Shown here: piece after piece, positions 26,322 to 37,456 of the stretch
Position numbering within the stretch: position 1 is the stretch's first letter
Layout: every line of letters begins with the position of its first letter
From: Octopus sinensis
Taxonomy: Eukaryota
NCBI RefSeq assembly: GCF_006345805.1
Contig: NC_043005.1
Location: 95,418,001 to 95,482,000 of the forward strand
Reading direction: 5' to 3'
DNA: 64,000 bases
Program-made: the position numbers and the translations under genes
Notes under the pieces: model-generated
Database searches by the model: none
Told to the model about the DNA's origin: nothing
The model's input: the letters and a program-made list of their open reading frames with translations, nothing else

Positions 26322-26725
26322 ATAGTCTATATTTATATTTATGTGTACTTATATATATGTTCTATTATACGTATTCAACTTATTGTATAACATTACTATT
26401 TTATGTACACTCCTTCATGTACACTGTTTTACCCTGCATTATTATGTTTAACCTTATAGTTTCTTATGTAGTGGTTTAATAAAGTATGTGATTGAGTATT
26501 ATCTGGTAATTGATATTTGATTTCGATGTATTTCTCCATTTTCTTATTTTGTATTATGAATTTGTGGTAAAACATTTTACCTTTGCCCATATAATACAAT
26601 AAATGAATTAATTGTATCGCAATTCTTAACATTTATGTATTAACTTTGTTGGGTACCTCACTAGCAGTATATTGGATATATGGTATCCCATGGTGTGTTG
26701 CATTTACAACCCCTATCTCAATTTG

Positions 26726-26761
<36 letters not shown>

Positions 26762-26824
26762 ATATATATATATGAAAAAAATGTCAAGATAGAAAATGCT
26801 AAAATAATTTTATAAAAAACATTT

Positions 26825-26860
26825 CAGTACCGGTTTCAGTCATTGAGACTTTTTCAACTG
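26825..26860 (-). ncRNA. Minimal type I hammerhead with U3-A8 core covariation
   Basis: Minus strand reads cag-TTGAAAA-agtc-tcaat-gact-GAAACCGGTA-ctg. Stems I and II pair, and stem III is the palindrome ACCGGT. Confidence 0.7.
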
Positions 26861-27021
26861 TAACAATTAAACAATTAAATTTAGAAAAATTAAAAGAAAA
26901 CTTTTTTTAAAAGAATTTTTGTATAGTGTTCAAATACAAGTGGCATTTTCCTTGTTTCTGTCTGTCTCTGTCTCTCTTGTTTACTCTTGTGGGTTCGAGG
27001 TCGTTGTGAATTCTTGGTAGG

Positions 27022-27136
27022 GAAGAAGATGAAAAAGAAGAAAAAGAAGAAGAAGAAGAAGAAGAAGAAGAAGAAGAAGAAGAAGAAGAAGAAGAAGAAG
27101 AAGAAGAAGAAGGAGGAGGAGGAGGAGGAGGAGGAG
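27022..27136. repeat. (GAA)n(GGA)n microsatellite
   Basis: Direct reading. Confidence 0.97.
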
Positions 27137-27149
27137 AATGTGGGAGTGC

Positions 27150-27426
27150 CATGACAGTAGTATTTTGAATGATCAGCAAATGACCCACAGTGGATTTGGT
27201 TTGCAAGATTCTTTATATGAGTTTGTGTGCTGAAGCATATTCTGTTGTGTCTGGGGAGAGTCATTTTCTTTTTGTGCCTTATTATGTAACACATTCACCG
27301 GTAAAATTTCCACTTTTTTCTTATTTTCATTGTCCTAAAATTTTCGGTGCGTCTTGCAACCTTTTACTGGTGAGTGTGTTACATTATAAGGCACAAAAAG
27401 AAAATGACTCTCCCCAGATACAACAG
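27150..27426. repeat. Dispersed repeat with 65-bp inverted arms
   Basis: 27242-27306 pairs with 27362-27426. The same family occurs reverse-complemented at ~2745-2945. Confidence 0.8.
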
Positions 27427-28092
27427 TATATATATATAATATATTAATAAATAAAACATATGCATATATACATACATATATGTACGTACCCACCTCTACA
27501 TGTATATATACACGCATATATGAGTACAGGACACCAAAAATACGTCGAACACAATGAGAAACGAAAACATAGACACAAAACCAAGGAACTGGACATTTTT
27601 CTTAAACAACAAAAAAATAGAGTACAGGACAAATAACACAAGGAAAAAACACCTTCTTCAGTCGCCATGGTTTCATCTACTCTGCGTTTCGAAGGTGAAT
27701 GCGAGACGCATCTTCGATGGAAACTTTCCTTCCTGCGAAAAGCAAATCAAATAAAATTTGAGATCTTTTTGCAGAGGGGTAAAAACGGTAACAAAAACAG
27801 GACAGTAACGACAGTACAAAATATAAGCAGTAAAAGACAGGACAGGGAAAATAACAAGACAAGAAGGGCTGTTAAGCCGAACGAAAAAAAGTATTACGAA
27901 CGCTATTTCTGTGGACGGCGAAGGGAGCAAAGAAAATTGCCGTCCACACCTCAAGAAGGTCAGGCGAGAAAGAAGGTGGCAAGGCTCTCGTCGCGGGTTA
28001 ACGGCGGGAGGGAGGAGGAGGAATAAATAATATATAAATTCAACAAGAATTTCCGGCGGTGCATGATTCGTTTGTCACTGTTATTTATGACA

Positions 28093-28147
28093 ACCCTAAA
28101 CCTAAAACCCTAACCCTAACCCTAAAACCTTAACCCTAACCCTAACC
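28093..28147 (+). repeat. Degenerate interstitial telomere-like (CCCTAA)n tract
   Basis: accctaaacctaaaaccctaaccctaaccctaaaaccttaaccctaaccctaacc. Confidence 0.75.
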
Positions 28148-28469
28148 CAAAAACCTTAAAGCTAAAACCAGTACAAATGAATGAACGATGTCATAAATAA
28201 CAGTGACAAACAAAAAATACACCACCGATAATTGTTGTTGACAAACAACGGCAGTAATTTTATTTGGCTGAATACACGTCATTGATTGGTTGAAATTACC
28301 GAAATACAAGAACTTTAACGTGAAATAACTTTGTAAATATAAGTTTTTCTCAAAAATGCTAAGAGTAAAAGATGTTTTATATGACACGTTCTACCAGTGT
28401 CCGAAGTTTGAAAGTATTTAGTTACAAAAAAATATTTTTTAAATCTGTCGGTCAAAAGGTAAAGATGGA

Positions 28470-29184
28470 AAACCTATTTTAAGCTTCGAATTGTGCTCCA
28501 TATTGCTTTCTCGACTGGAAAAAGACCATTTTTGCATCAAATCATTACTTGTGATGAGAAATGGATAAAAGTATGAGAACAGGACAGTGATTAGATGCAG
28601 GAGAGCCACCTAAACACAACTCAAACCCACCATTTCACCCTAAAAAGTTAGTGGTCACTGTATGGTGGTCTGCGAAGGGAGTTATTCATTATTCATTTTT
28701 GCAATAAGGAAAAACGGTAACAGCAATTGCCAGCAAATTGATTGTATGCATGAGAATTAGAAAAAGAAGCAACCCAGACTAGTGAATAGAGATGGCCCAA
28801 TTTTGCTGCACGACAATGCACGTCCTCACAATCCTAAAGCTACGGTCCAAAAGTTGCAAAACCTGAATTATGAGATTTTGCAGCATCCTCCCTATTGCCC
28901 TGATATCTCTTCTACTGATCATCATTTATTTAAGCATTTTGGGCTTTTCATAAGCAATAAAACATTCTTAAATAGAGAAGAGGTAATTGAAGCATTCGGA
29001 GAGTTTATCACAGCAAAAGAGGAATCTTTTTTTAAAGATGGAATATGTGACATAGAGAAACGTTGGGTAAACGTAATGAATGAACATGGATCATACTTTG
29101 ATTAAATAAATCAGTTGCGTGACACGTTTGAAACATCTCATTGTTACCTTTCAGATACAACATTTCATGTGAAACAACCTAATA
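28470..29184 (+). mobile_element. Mariner transposon 3' part (DD34D catalytic domain, frameshifted) with right TIR
   Basis: Motifs ITCDEKWI (~28545), HPKKLVVTVWW, LLHDNARPH and HPPYCPDISSTDHHLF. The end reads ...caacctaa|ta. Confidence 0.88.
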
Positions 29185-29638
29185 TATATATGTACTTATA
29201 TTTATATATAGACACACACTCATAAAAATATTTTTATACATATTCACGCTTAGATAGGTGTGCATGTGCGTCCGCGCGCGCGCGCGTGTGTGTGTGTGTG
29301 TGTGCGTGCATGTGTGTGACGCTCTATTTTTATATTGTATTTGACAAGAGTGATTGACGATTGTGTCTAAAAATTAGGGTGAAATTAATTTAAACAATGA
29401 GACATACAAAATCAAATTAAGAAATACATAATATTATTAATATATATTATTATTAATATATATCCGGTTCCGTTTTCAACAGAGAGAGACGTATTGCCTC
29501 TTATCTGTAAAAAAGTTTGCATAGATCGGCGAAATAACCCACTGTAGTTGCAAAACGTAAAACTCTAAGTCATAGAGATCACTACAACACTTTGGTTAAA
29601 AATATTTTTAAAAATATATATATAAATATATACATATA

Positions 29639-29701
29639 CACAGTAATTTTCATTTTCGCCGAAACGCACATGGTGCAAAAATAACTGAATCAAGTTATCT
29701 C
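29639..29701 (-). CDS. Weak candidate exon (DNLIQLFLHHVRFGENENYC)
   Basis: Strong acceptor ttcttttttctttcttgcag|. The donor (|gtatat) is weak. Confidence 0.25.
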
Positions 29702-29872
29702 CTGCAAGAAAGAAAAAAGAAGCATCTCTCCTGAAAAAAAATCCCGTAAACCAAAAAAAAATCCAGACCACATTGTTGGATTAAGTATCACTTTCATCTA
29801 TTTCATATTTTGTTTATTATTCTATTTTATCCTTCACTCAGGCCCACATCTTAGTTAAAGTTTCGATCGCCA

Positions 29873-32800
29873 TTTTGTTTGTTTACATTTTCAATATCTG
29901 TTCTCGATATAATAATTTTTCAGATACTCTATCTTCTAATTAGCCTTAAGATTAAATTAAATAACGTTTAATATTACCCACACTCTAATATAATTTTTGT
30001 TTGTTTACATTTTCAATATCTGTTCTCGATATAATAATTTTTCAGATACTCTATCTTCTAATTAGCCTTAAGATTAAATTAAATAACGTTTAATATTGAT
30101 AACGTCTAATTAGCCTTAAGATTAAATTAAATAACGTTTAATATTGTTTAATATTGTTAATAATTATTGTTAATTAGCCTTAAGATTAAATTAAATAACG
30201 TTTAATATTGTTTAATATTGTTAATAATTTTTCAGATATTCTATCTTCTAATTAGCCTTAAGATTAAATTAAATAACGTTTAATATTACCCATACTCTAA
30301 TATAATTTTTGTTTGTTTACATTTTCAATATCTATTCTCGATATAATAATTTTTCAGATACTCTATCTTCTAATTAGCCTTAAGATTAAATTAAATAACG
30401 TTTAATATTGATAACGTCTAATTAGCCTTAAGATTAAATTAAATAACGTTTAATATTGTTTAATATTCTTAATAATTATTGTTAATTAGCCTTAAGATTA
30501 AATTAAATAACGTTTAATATTGTTTAATATTGTTAATAATTTTTCAGATACTCTATCTTCTAATTAGCCTTAAGATCAAATTAAATAACGTTTAATATTA
30601 CCCACACTCTAATATAATTTTTGTTTGTTTACATTTTCAATATCTGTTCTCGATATAATAAATTTTCAGATACTCTATCTTCTAATTAGCCTTAAGATTA
30701 AATTTAAATAACGTTTAATATTGATAACGTCTAATTAGCCTTAGGATTAAATTAAATAACGTTTAATATTGTTTAATATTGTTAATAATTATTGTTAATT
30801 AGCCTTAAGATTAAATTAAATAACGTTTAATATTGTTTTAATATTGTTAATAATTTTTCAGATACTCTATCTTCTAATTAGCCTTAAGATTAAATTAAAT
30901 AACGTTTAATATTACCCACACTCTAATATAATTTTTGTTTGTTTACATTTTCAATATCTGTTCTCGATATAATAATTTTTCAGATACTCTATCTTCTAAT
31001 TAGCCTTAAGATTAAATTAAATAACGTTTAATATTAATAACGTCTAATTAGCCTTAGGATTAAATTAAATAACGTTTAATATTGTTTTAATATTGTTAAT
31101 AATTTTTCAGATACTCTATCTTCTAATTAGCCTTAAGATTAAATTAAATAACGTTTAATATTACCCACACTCTAATATAATTTTTGTTTGTTTACATTTT
31201 CAATATCTGTTCTCGATATAATAATTTTTCAGATACTCTATCTTCTAATTAGCCTTAAGATTAAATTAAATAACGTTTAATATTAATAACGTCTAATTAG
31301 CCTTAGGATTAAATTAAATAACGTTTAATATTGTTTAATATTGTAAATAATTATTGTTAATTAGCCTTAAGATTAAATTAAATAACGTTTAATATTGTTT
31401 TAATATTGTTAATAATTTTTCAGATACTCTATCTTCTAATTAGCCTTAAGATTAAATTAAATAACGTTTAATATTACCCACACTCTAATATAATATTAAT
31501 ATTGCTAATATATTTTCAGATACTCTATCTTCTAATTAGCCTTAAGATTAAATTAAATAACGTTTAATATTACCCACACTCTAATATAATTTTTGTTTGT
31601 TTACATTTTCAATATCTGTTCTCGATATAATAATTTTTCAGATACTCTATCTTCTAATTAGCCTTAAGATTAAATTAAATAACGTTTAATATTGATAACG
31701 TCTAATTAGCCTTAAGATTAAATTAAATAACGTTTAATATTGTTTAATATTGTTAATAATTATTGTTAATTAGCCTTAAGATTAAATTAAATAACGTTTA
31801 ATATTGTTTAATATTGTTAATAATTTTTCAGATACTCTATCTTCTAATTAGCCTTAAGATTAAATTAAATAACGTTTAATATTACCCACACTCTAATATA
31901 ATTTTTGTTTGTTTACATTTTCAATATCTGTTTTCGATATAATAATTTTTCAGATACTCTATCTTCTAATTAGCCTTAAGATTAAATTAAATAACGTTTA
32001 ATATTAATAACGTCTAATTAGTCTTAGGATTAAATTAAATAACGTTTAATATTGTTTAATATTGTAAATAATTATTGTTAATTAGCCTTAAGATTAAATT
32101 AAATAACGTTTAATATTGTTTTAATATTGTTAATAATTTTTCAGATACTCTATCTTCTAATTAGCCTTAAGATTAAATTAAATAACGTTTAATATTACGC
32201 ACACTCTAATATAATATTAATATTGCTAATATATTTTCAGATACTCTATCTCCTAATTAGCTTTAAGATTAAATAACGTTTTTACCCACACTCTAATATA
32301 ATATTAATATTGCTAATATATTTTCAGATACTCTATCTTCTAATTAGCCTTAAGATTAAATTAAATAACGTTTAATATTAATAACGTCTAATTAGCCTTA
32401 AGATTAAATTAAATAACGTTTAATATTGCTTAATATTGTTAATAATTTTTCAGATACTCTGTCTTCTAATTAGCCTTAAGATTAAATTAAATAACGTTTA
32501 ATATTACCCACACTCTAATATAATATTAATATTGCTAATATATTTTCAGATACTCTATCTCCAAATTAGCCTTAAGATTAAATAACGTTTTTACCCACAC
32601 TCTAATATAATATTAATATTGCTAATATATTTTCAGATACTCTATCTCCTAATTAGCCTTAAGATTAAACAACGTTTTTACCCACACTCTAATATAATAT
32701 TAATATTGCTATTAGCCTTAAGATTAAACAACGTTTTTACCCACACTCTAATATAATATTAATATTGCTAATACATTTTTAGATACTCTATCCCCTAATT

Positions 32801-32890
32801 AGCCTTAAGATTAAATAACGTTTTTACCCACAAACTTTAATATTGTTAATATTTCTTTTTCAAGTACTCTATCTTCTAATTAGCCTTAAT
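29873..32890. repeat. AT-rich higher-order tandem array (~38 copies of core taattagccttaagattaaattaaataacgtttaatatt; ~312-bp HOR)
   Basis: Cores at 29942, 30064, 30112, 30176, 30254, 30376 and onward, with spacings cycling 122/48/64/78. Units of 96 and 87 bp and shortened cores appear toward 32890. Confidence 0.95.
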
Positions 32891-32950
32891 ATCTTCCTGT
32901 CTTCTCTCGAACATAATTAGATAGATAAACGGATAGACGGATTATCCAGC

Positions 32951-33862
32951 ATGTCCAGAGCATGGAGACCTGACGAGCTGGATTTATTCGTACAAGCATG
33001 GGAGTGCGCCGGCGGAGATAGCCCTAGCGAGGTGATTGCGGCTGCGCTGAAGAGCAGAGGCTACAAGAGGACAGCGGCTCAGATGGAGCGAAAGAGACGG
33101 AAATTCGTGCGCTCATATGCGCTTGTACGGTCGCACATTGGCGCACTTGATGCCATCTTTGAGAACGAGCGGGGCAAAGATGGCAAGAATGGAGACGATG
33201 AAAGAAGTCACCCCCACCTGGTGGACGCCCGAGAGGAGGTTTTGAATGAGAAACCTGCCCGGGAAGTGAACCCAGGTGCAAGTTCTCCAACCGGCAGCAA
33301 GGGCCATGGAGACGGAGAACCCGGTGAAGAAGTATAGGGAGGAAGAAGAACTAAAAGAAGGACTGGAAGAGCTAAAGGAAAAGAAAAAGCTCAAGCAGGA
33401 CCAAAGGGTGAAACAACCAGGAATAGAAGTGGAACCGCAAAGGATGGAACCAAACAGCGCACACGGGTGTGTATGTTCTACCTGAGAGGTTCCTGCTGGC
33501 ATGGAAAGGAAGGTGCAGGCTGCCGCTTTGCACATCGGGGACCCTGCCACAGAGACACGAGGCAGATGGACAAACCATCAACACAAAGAAAAGGGATGGA
33601 CCACGCACCACCTGCCCCAAAGCGGAGGTACGCAGATGTTGTGCGCGCCACAAACCGCCAACATGATGTTGTCGAAAGAGCAGCTGCTGAGCAACAATCT
33701 TTTTTGTGCATGGCACAAAAGATTGTACAGCAGCTGACCTGGCTTCATCAAACCCAAGCCCGCAGGTGGGACTACCCACTATATACCAGACCACCACAGC
33801 AAACAGACACAGGATGGACACCGCCGGCAACAACGTACACCTCACCTCGATGCTCCTACTGA
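32951..33862 (+). CDS. LINE ORF1: N-terminal Myb/SANT-like (trihelix-type) domain + CCCH zinc finger; one in-frame stop at 33335-33337
   Basis: AWRPDELDLFVQAW...IAAALKSRGYKRTAAQMERKRRKF. The same frame continues after TAG into a basic linker and CMFYLRGSCWHGKEGAGCRFAH. Confidence 0.7.
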
Positions 33863-36798
33863 ACATCAGAGGACTGCAAACACTCAGTAACAGGACAAAG
33901 ATCCCGTTCCTGAGAGACTTTGTTGCATGCAATCAAGCCTTATGCATAGCACTTACGAAAACGCACCTGAAACCGGACATAGCAGATGCGGAGTTACACA
34001 TACCACAGTATGCTGTACTACGGACCGACAGGAAAGAAAGGAGTCATGGAGGTGTTGCTATGTACATCCGTGAGGACCTCACACCCCAGGTCCTCTTGTC
34101 ATACTCAAACTCGGTGTGTGACACACTAATTGTACATATTAGGCAACTTGATGTAGTTGTGTGTGCTACATATCGCCCTCCAGATGCCCCAAGCCATGTG
34201 GGCAAGTTTGAAGACTGCCTTATAAAAATAGAAGAAATTCTAACCACATTAGAACAACACATAGGTGTGCTTCTTATGGGAGACTTCAATCTGCCCAATG
34301 TCAGATGGCCCGAGGGCCTTTCTCTTCCAGGAATGACAAGATGTGAACGAGGACAGGCGAGGTCCCTCCTGAACCTCATCAACACCCTGTACATGGAGCA
34401 GGTAATACTCCAACCAACCAGAGCAGGCAACACACTGGATCTCTGCTTCACAAATGACATGGATCTCATCCATAATATGAAAGTGACACCGACACTACTC
34501 TCGGATCACAACATGATAGAGCTGACCATGTACGGGCCAAAAGAGAGCACGGACATGCAGCCTACAAGAAACCCTCAAAATCTTTCCAGCTTGAACTACC
34601 ATAAGGCAAACTGGAAACAAATTGAGAAAGAGATCCTCAAACAAAACTGGCCTAAATGTCTCTCCTCGCCAGACATCGACGTGAAATTTCAACAATTCAT
34701 GTCTGTAATGCAAGCCATATGCTACAAATGTGTCCCAGAGAGAAAGGCCACTGTACACAAGAACAAATCCCCAGAGAGAGGAAAATTTTAATGAGACGGC
34801 GTACGAAATTTTCAAATCGCCTAAACAAACAGATTGAAAGCAGTGAAAAGTCCCGCCTAAAAATAAAACTGTTGGAATCGAAAAATGTCTGCAACTCTCC
34901 CATGAAAAAGAAAGAGCAGACAAAGAAGCCTGGGCTATAGACAACATAAAATCTAACCCCAGAGCTTTCTACAGGTATGCCAAAGAAACAGCTACAGTGC
35001 ACTGTAGAAGGGCCACTCCTCGAAAAGGATGGCACACTTACAGGAAAACCAATGAGGGTAAGTGAAATGCTGAATGAGCAATTCAAGAGTGTTTTCACTC
35101 CACCCCTTGGGCATCTCCAAATCACCAATCCAACTGACTTTTTTACCACTGCAGATATAAAATCAGAGGCGGCGACGATAGATTACATCGATATAAAGGA
35201 AGACGATGTAACCAAGGCTATAGATGAAATGAAAACAGACTCAGCTACTGGCCCCGATGGATTCCCGGCAATCCTCCTAAAAGCATGTAAGAGAGTCCTA
35301 GCAAGACCACTGCAGTTCCTCTTTCAGAGCTTCCTTGCAGCTGGCAAACTTCCAGGAAAACTGAAGGAAGGTAAAATATGCCCCATTCATAAAGGAGGTA
35401 GCAGAGCGGAAGCCAAGAACTATAGACCTATCTCTCTGACCTCACACATCAGCAAGGTCATGGAACGAATAGTCAGAAGGAAGCTGATCACCTTCCTTGA
35501 AGAGAATGACTTGCTGCCCGACACCCAACATGGTTTCCGACCAGGGAGAAGCTGTTTAACTCAGCTCCTACAACACTATGACTGGGTGCTGAAACGGCTG
35601 CTCAACCACTCAAATGTGGAAGTGATATATCTCGACTTTGCAAAGGCCTTTGATAAAGTCGATCATGGAATAATATGTCACAAACTGCGTGATCTCAACA
35701 TAGTTGGAAAACTGGGAGAATGGCTTCATGACTTCTGAAGGATAGAAGTCAGGTGGTAGTAGCCAATGGGGCCACCTCCATTAACACACAAATAGTGAGC
35801 GGTGTTCCGCAGGGCACTGTTCTGGGACCACTATTCATAATGGCCCTCTCAGACATGCCCTCAGCCACGCAGAGAGCCACGATCACAAGTTATGCAGATG
35901 ATACAAAAGTTTCACAGGCAATACAGAACCCTGAGGACACTAAACACCTGCAATGTGAGCTGGACGAAATATACAAGTGGGCTGAAAAGAATAGCATGCA
36001 GTTCAATGCTGGAAAGTTTCAAGCTTTATACTATCAGCATGCAAAACTGAATGCAATACCCAATGAATACACTGGACCCGGAGGGATTGCAATCCCAGAG
36101 GCACAATCAGTGCGTGACCTGGGTATTCACATGAGTGATGACGCGACCTTTCATGTACATGTTGCTAAACTGACAATGAAATGTAGACGGCTGGATGGAT
36201 TCTTAGAACCTTTAGAACAAGAGAACAAGAATACATGATGGTCCTCTGGAAGACACTTGTCCTAAGCCACTTTGACTATTGCTCTCAGCTATGGTCACCA
36301 TCCAGTGTCAAGTTGATCACAGAACTTCAGGCGATCCAACGAAGCTACACGAAGAAGATAGCCTCTATGCAGAATGTAAGCTACTGGGAAAGACTCAAGA
36401 GATTAAAATTATATTCCCTGGAGCGTAGGCGGGAAAGATATGCCATAATATACATCTGGAAGATCCTGGAGGGAAGTGTCCTGAACTTTGGCATCGAGAG
36501 TTACGCAAATGCCAGAACTGGGCGCCACTGCGTGGTGCCTAGGACTCCAAACCTGCCATCAAGATGTAGGACAAGATTCTATGATAGCCTGGGCTTCCGA
36601 GGCCCACAGCTCTTCAATATCCTCCCGAAGAACCTGAGAGACCTGCATGGGGTGGATACAGATGTCTTTAAAATGAAGCTGGATCTCTTCCTGTCAGGTG
36701 TCCCAGATGAACCAACTTCACGGCAGGAGGGGCAGATGAGGGCAGCTGCATCGAACTCTCTCATGCACCAAATAGCAGTTGCTAGAAACCCTCCATGA
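33706..36798 (+). pseudogene. LINE ORF2 (APE endonuclease + RT), broken by several small frameshifts
   Basis: Motifs LLNIRGL, HGGVAMY, YRPP, MGDFNLP, NTLDL, SDHN, ATGPDG, NYRPISLTS, QHGFR, YLDFAKAFDKV, SGVPQGTVLGP, YADDT, RDLG and LYSLERRRER. Shifts near 34770, 34880, 34990, 35735 and 36190. Confidence 0.92.
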
Positions 36799-36983
36799 AG
36801 TGAAACCAAGTAGCAACACCAAATGGCGGTGCCCCAGCATCGCCACAGCTCATAAGCTGAAACTAGAATCAATCAATCAATCAATCAATCATATTACCCA
36901 GACTTAGGCTTAAGTTTCATGCATTTCACAACAATCATATATATGTGTGTGTGTGTGGGTGTATTGTGTGTACGTGTATATGA

Positions 36984-37058
<75 letters not shown>

Positions 37059-37353
37059 ATGTGTGTGTATGTGTGTGTGAGTGTGTATATGTGTATATCT
37101 TCGTGTCTGTGTTTGCCCTACTACCGATTGACAACTGATTCGTTTCTACTCTAGGCACAAGTCCCGAAATTCTGGGGGTTGTGGGGCAATCGATTACATC
37201 GACCCCAGTACGAAACTGGTACTTAATTTATCGATCCCGAAAGGATGAAAGGCAAAGTCGACCTCGGCGGAATTTGAACTCAGAACGTAAAGACAGACGG
37301 AATACCGCTAAGCATGCTGTACACGTTTCATGACGTCCTGTACCCACATATGC

Positions 37354-37385
<32 letters not shown>

Positions 37386-37456
37386 GTACTTGGAGAATAA
37401 GAACGGAACGAAACGAACGAATCGAATCGAATCGACGCGAGGGCGCTGTCAAACAA

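Larger units (their letters stand above)
25812..26554. mobile_element. Large fold-back (~358-bp arms, 27-bp spacer) carrying two divergent hammerheads; PLE pseudo-LTR/retrozyme-like
   Basis: 25812-26169 is the reverse complement of 26197-26554 with few mismatches. No credible ORF. Confidence 0.88.
32890..36890 (+). mobile_element. Full-length CR1-group LINE (ORF1, APE-RT ORF2, 3' stem-loop, (AATC)n tail); 5'UTR may extend to ~29850
   Basis: Two overlapping ORFs, RT motifs and an (aatc)6 tail at 36867-36890. Confidence 0.9.

Noticed and set aside
29873-32890. CRISPR-like appearance (constant core with variable spacers)
   Set aside because: The spacers are a few recurring, mutually related sequences in periodic order with lengths from ~10 to ~85 bp. 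There are no cas genes and the context is eukaryotic, so it is a higher-order satellite.
36891-36900. atattaccca after the LINE tail also occurs in the upstream array (possible TSD)
   Set aside because: It is a 10-bp AT-rich match that is not at a defined 5' junction, so it cannot be distinguished from chance.
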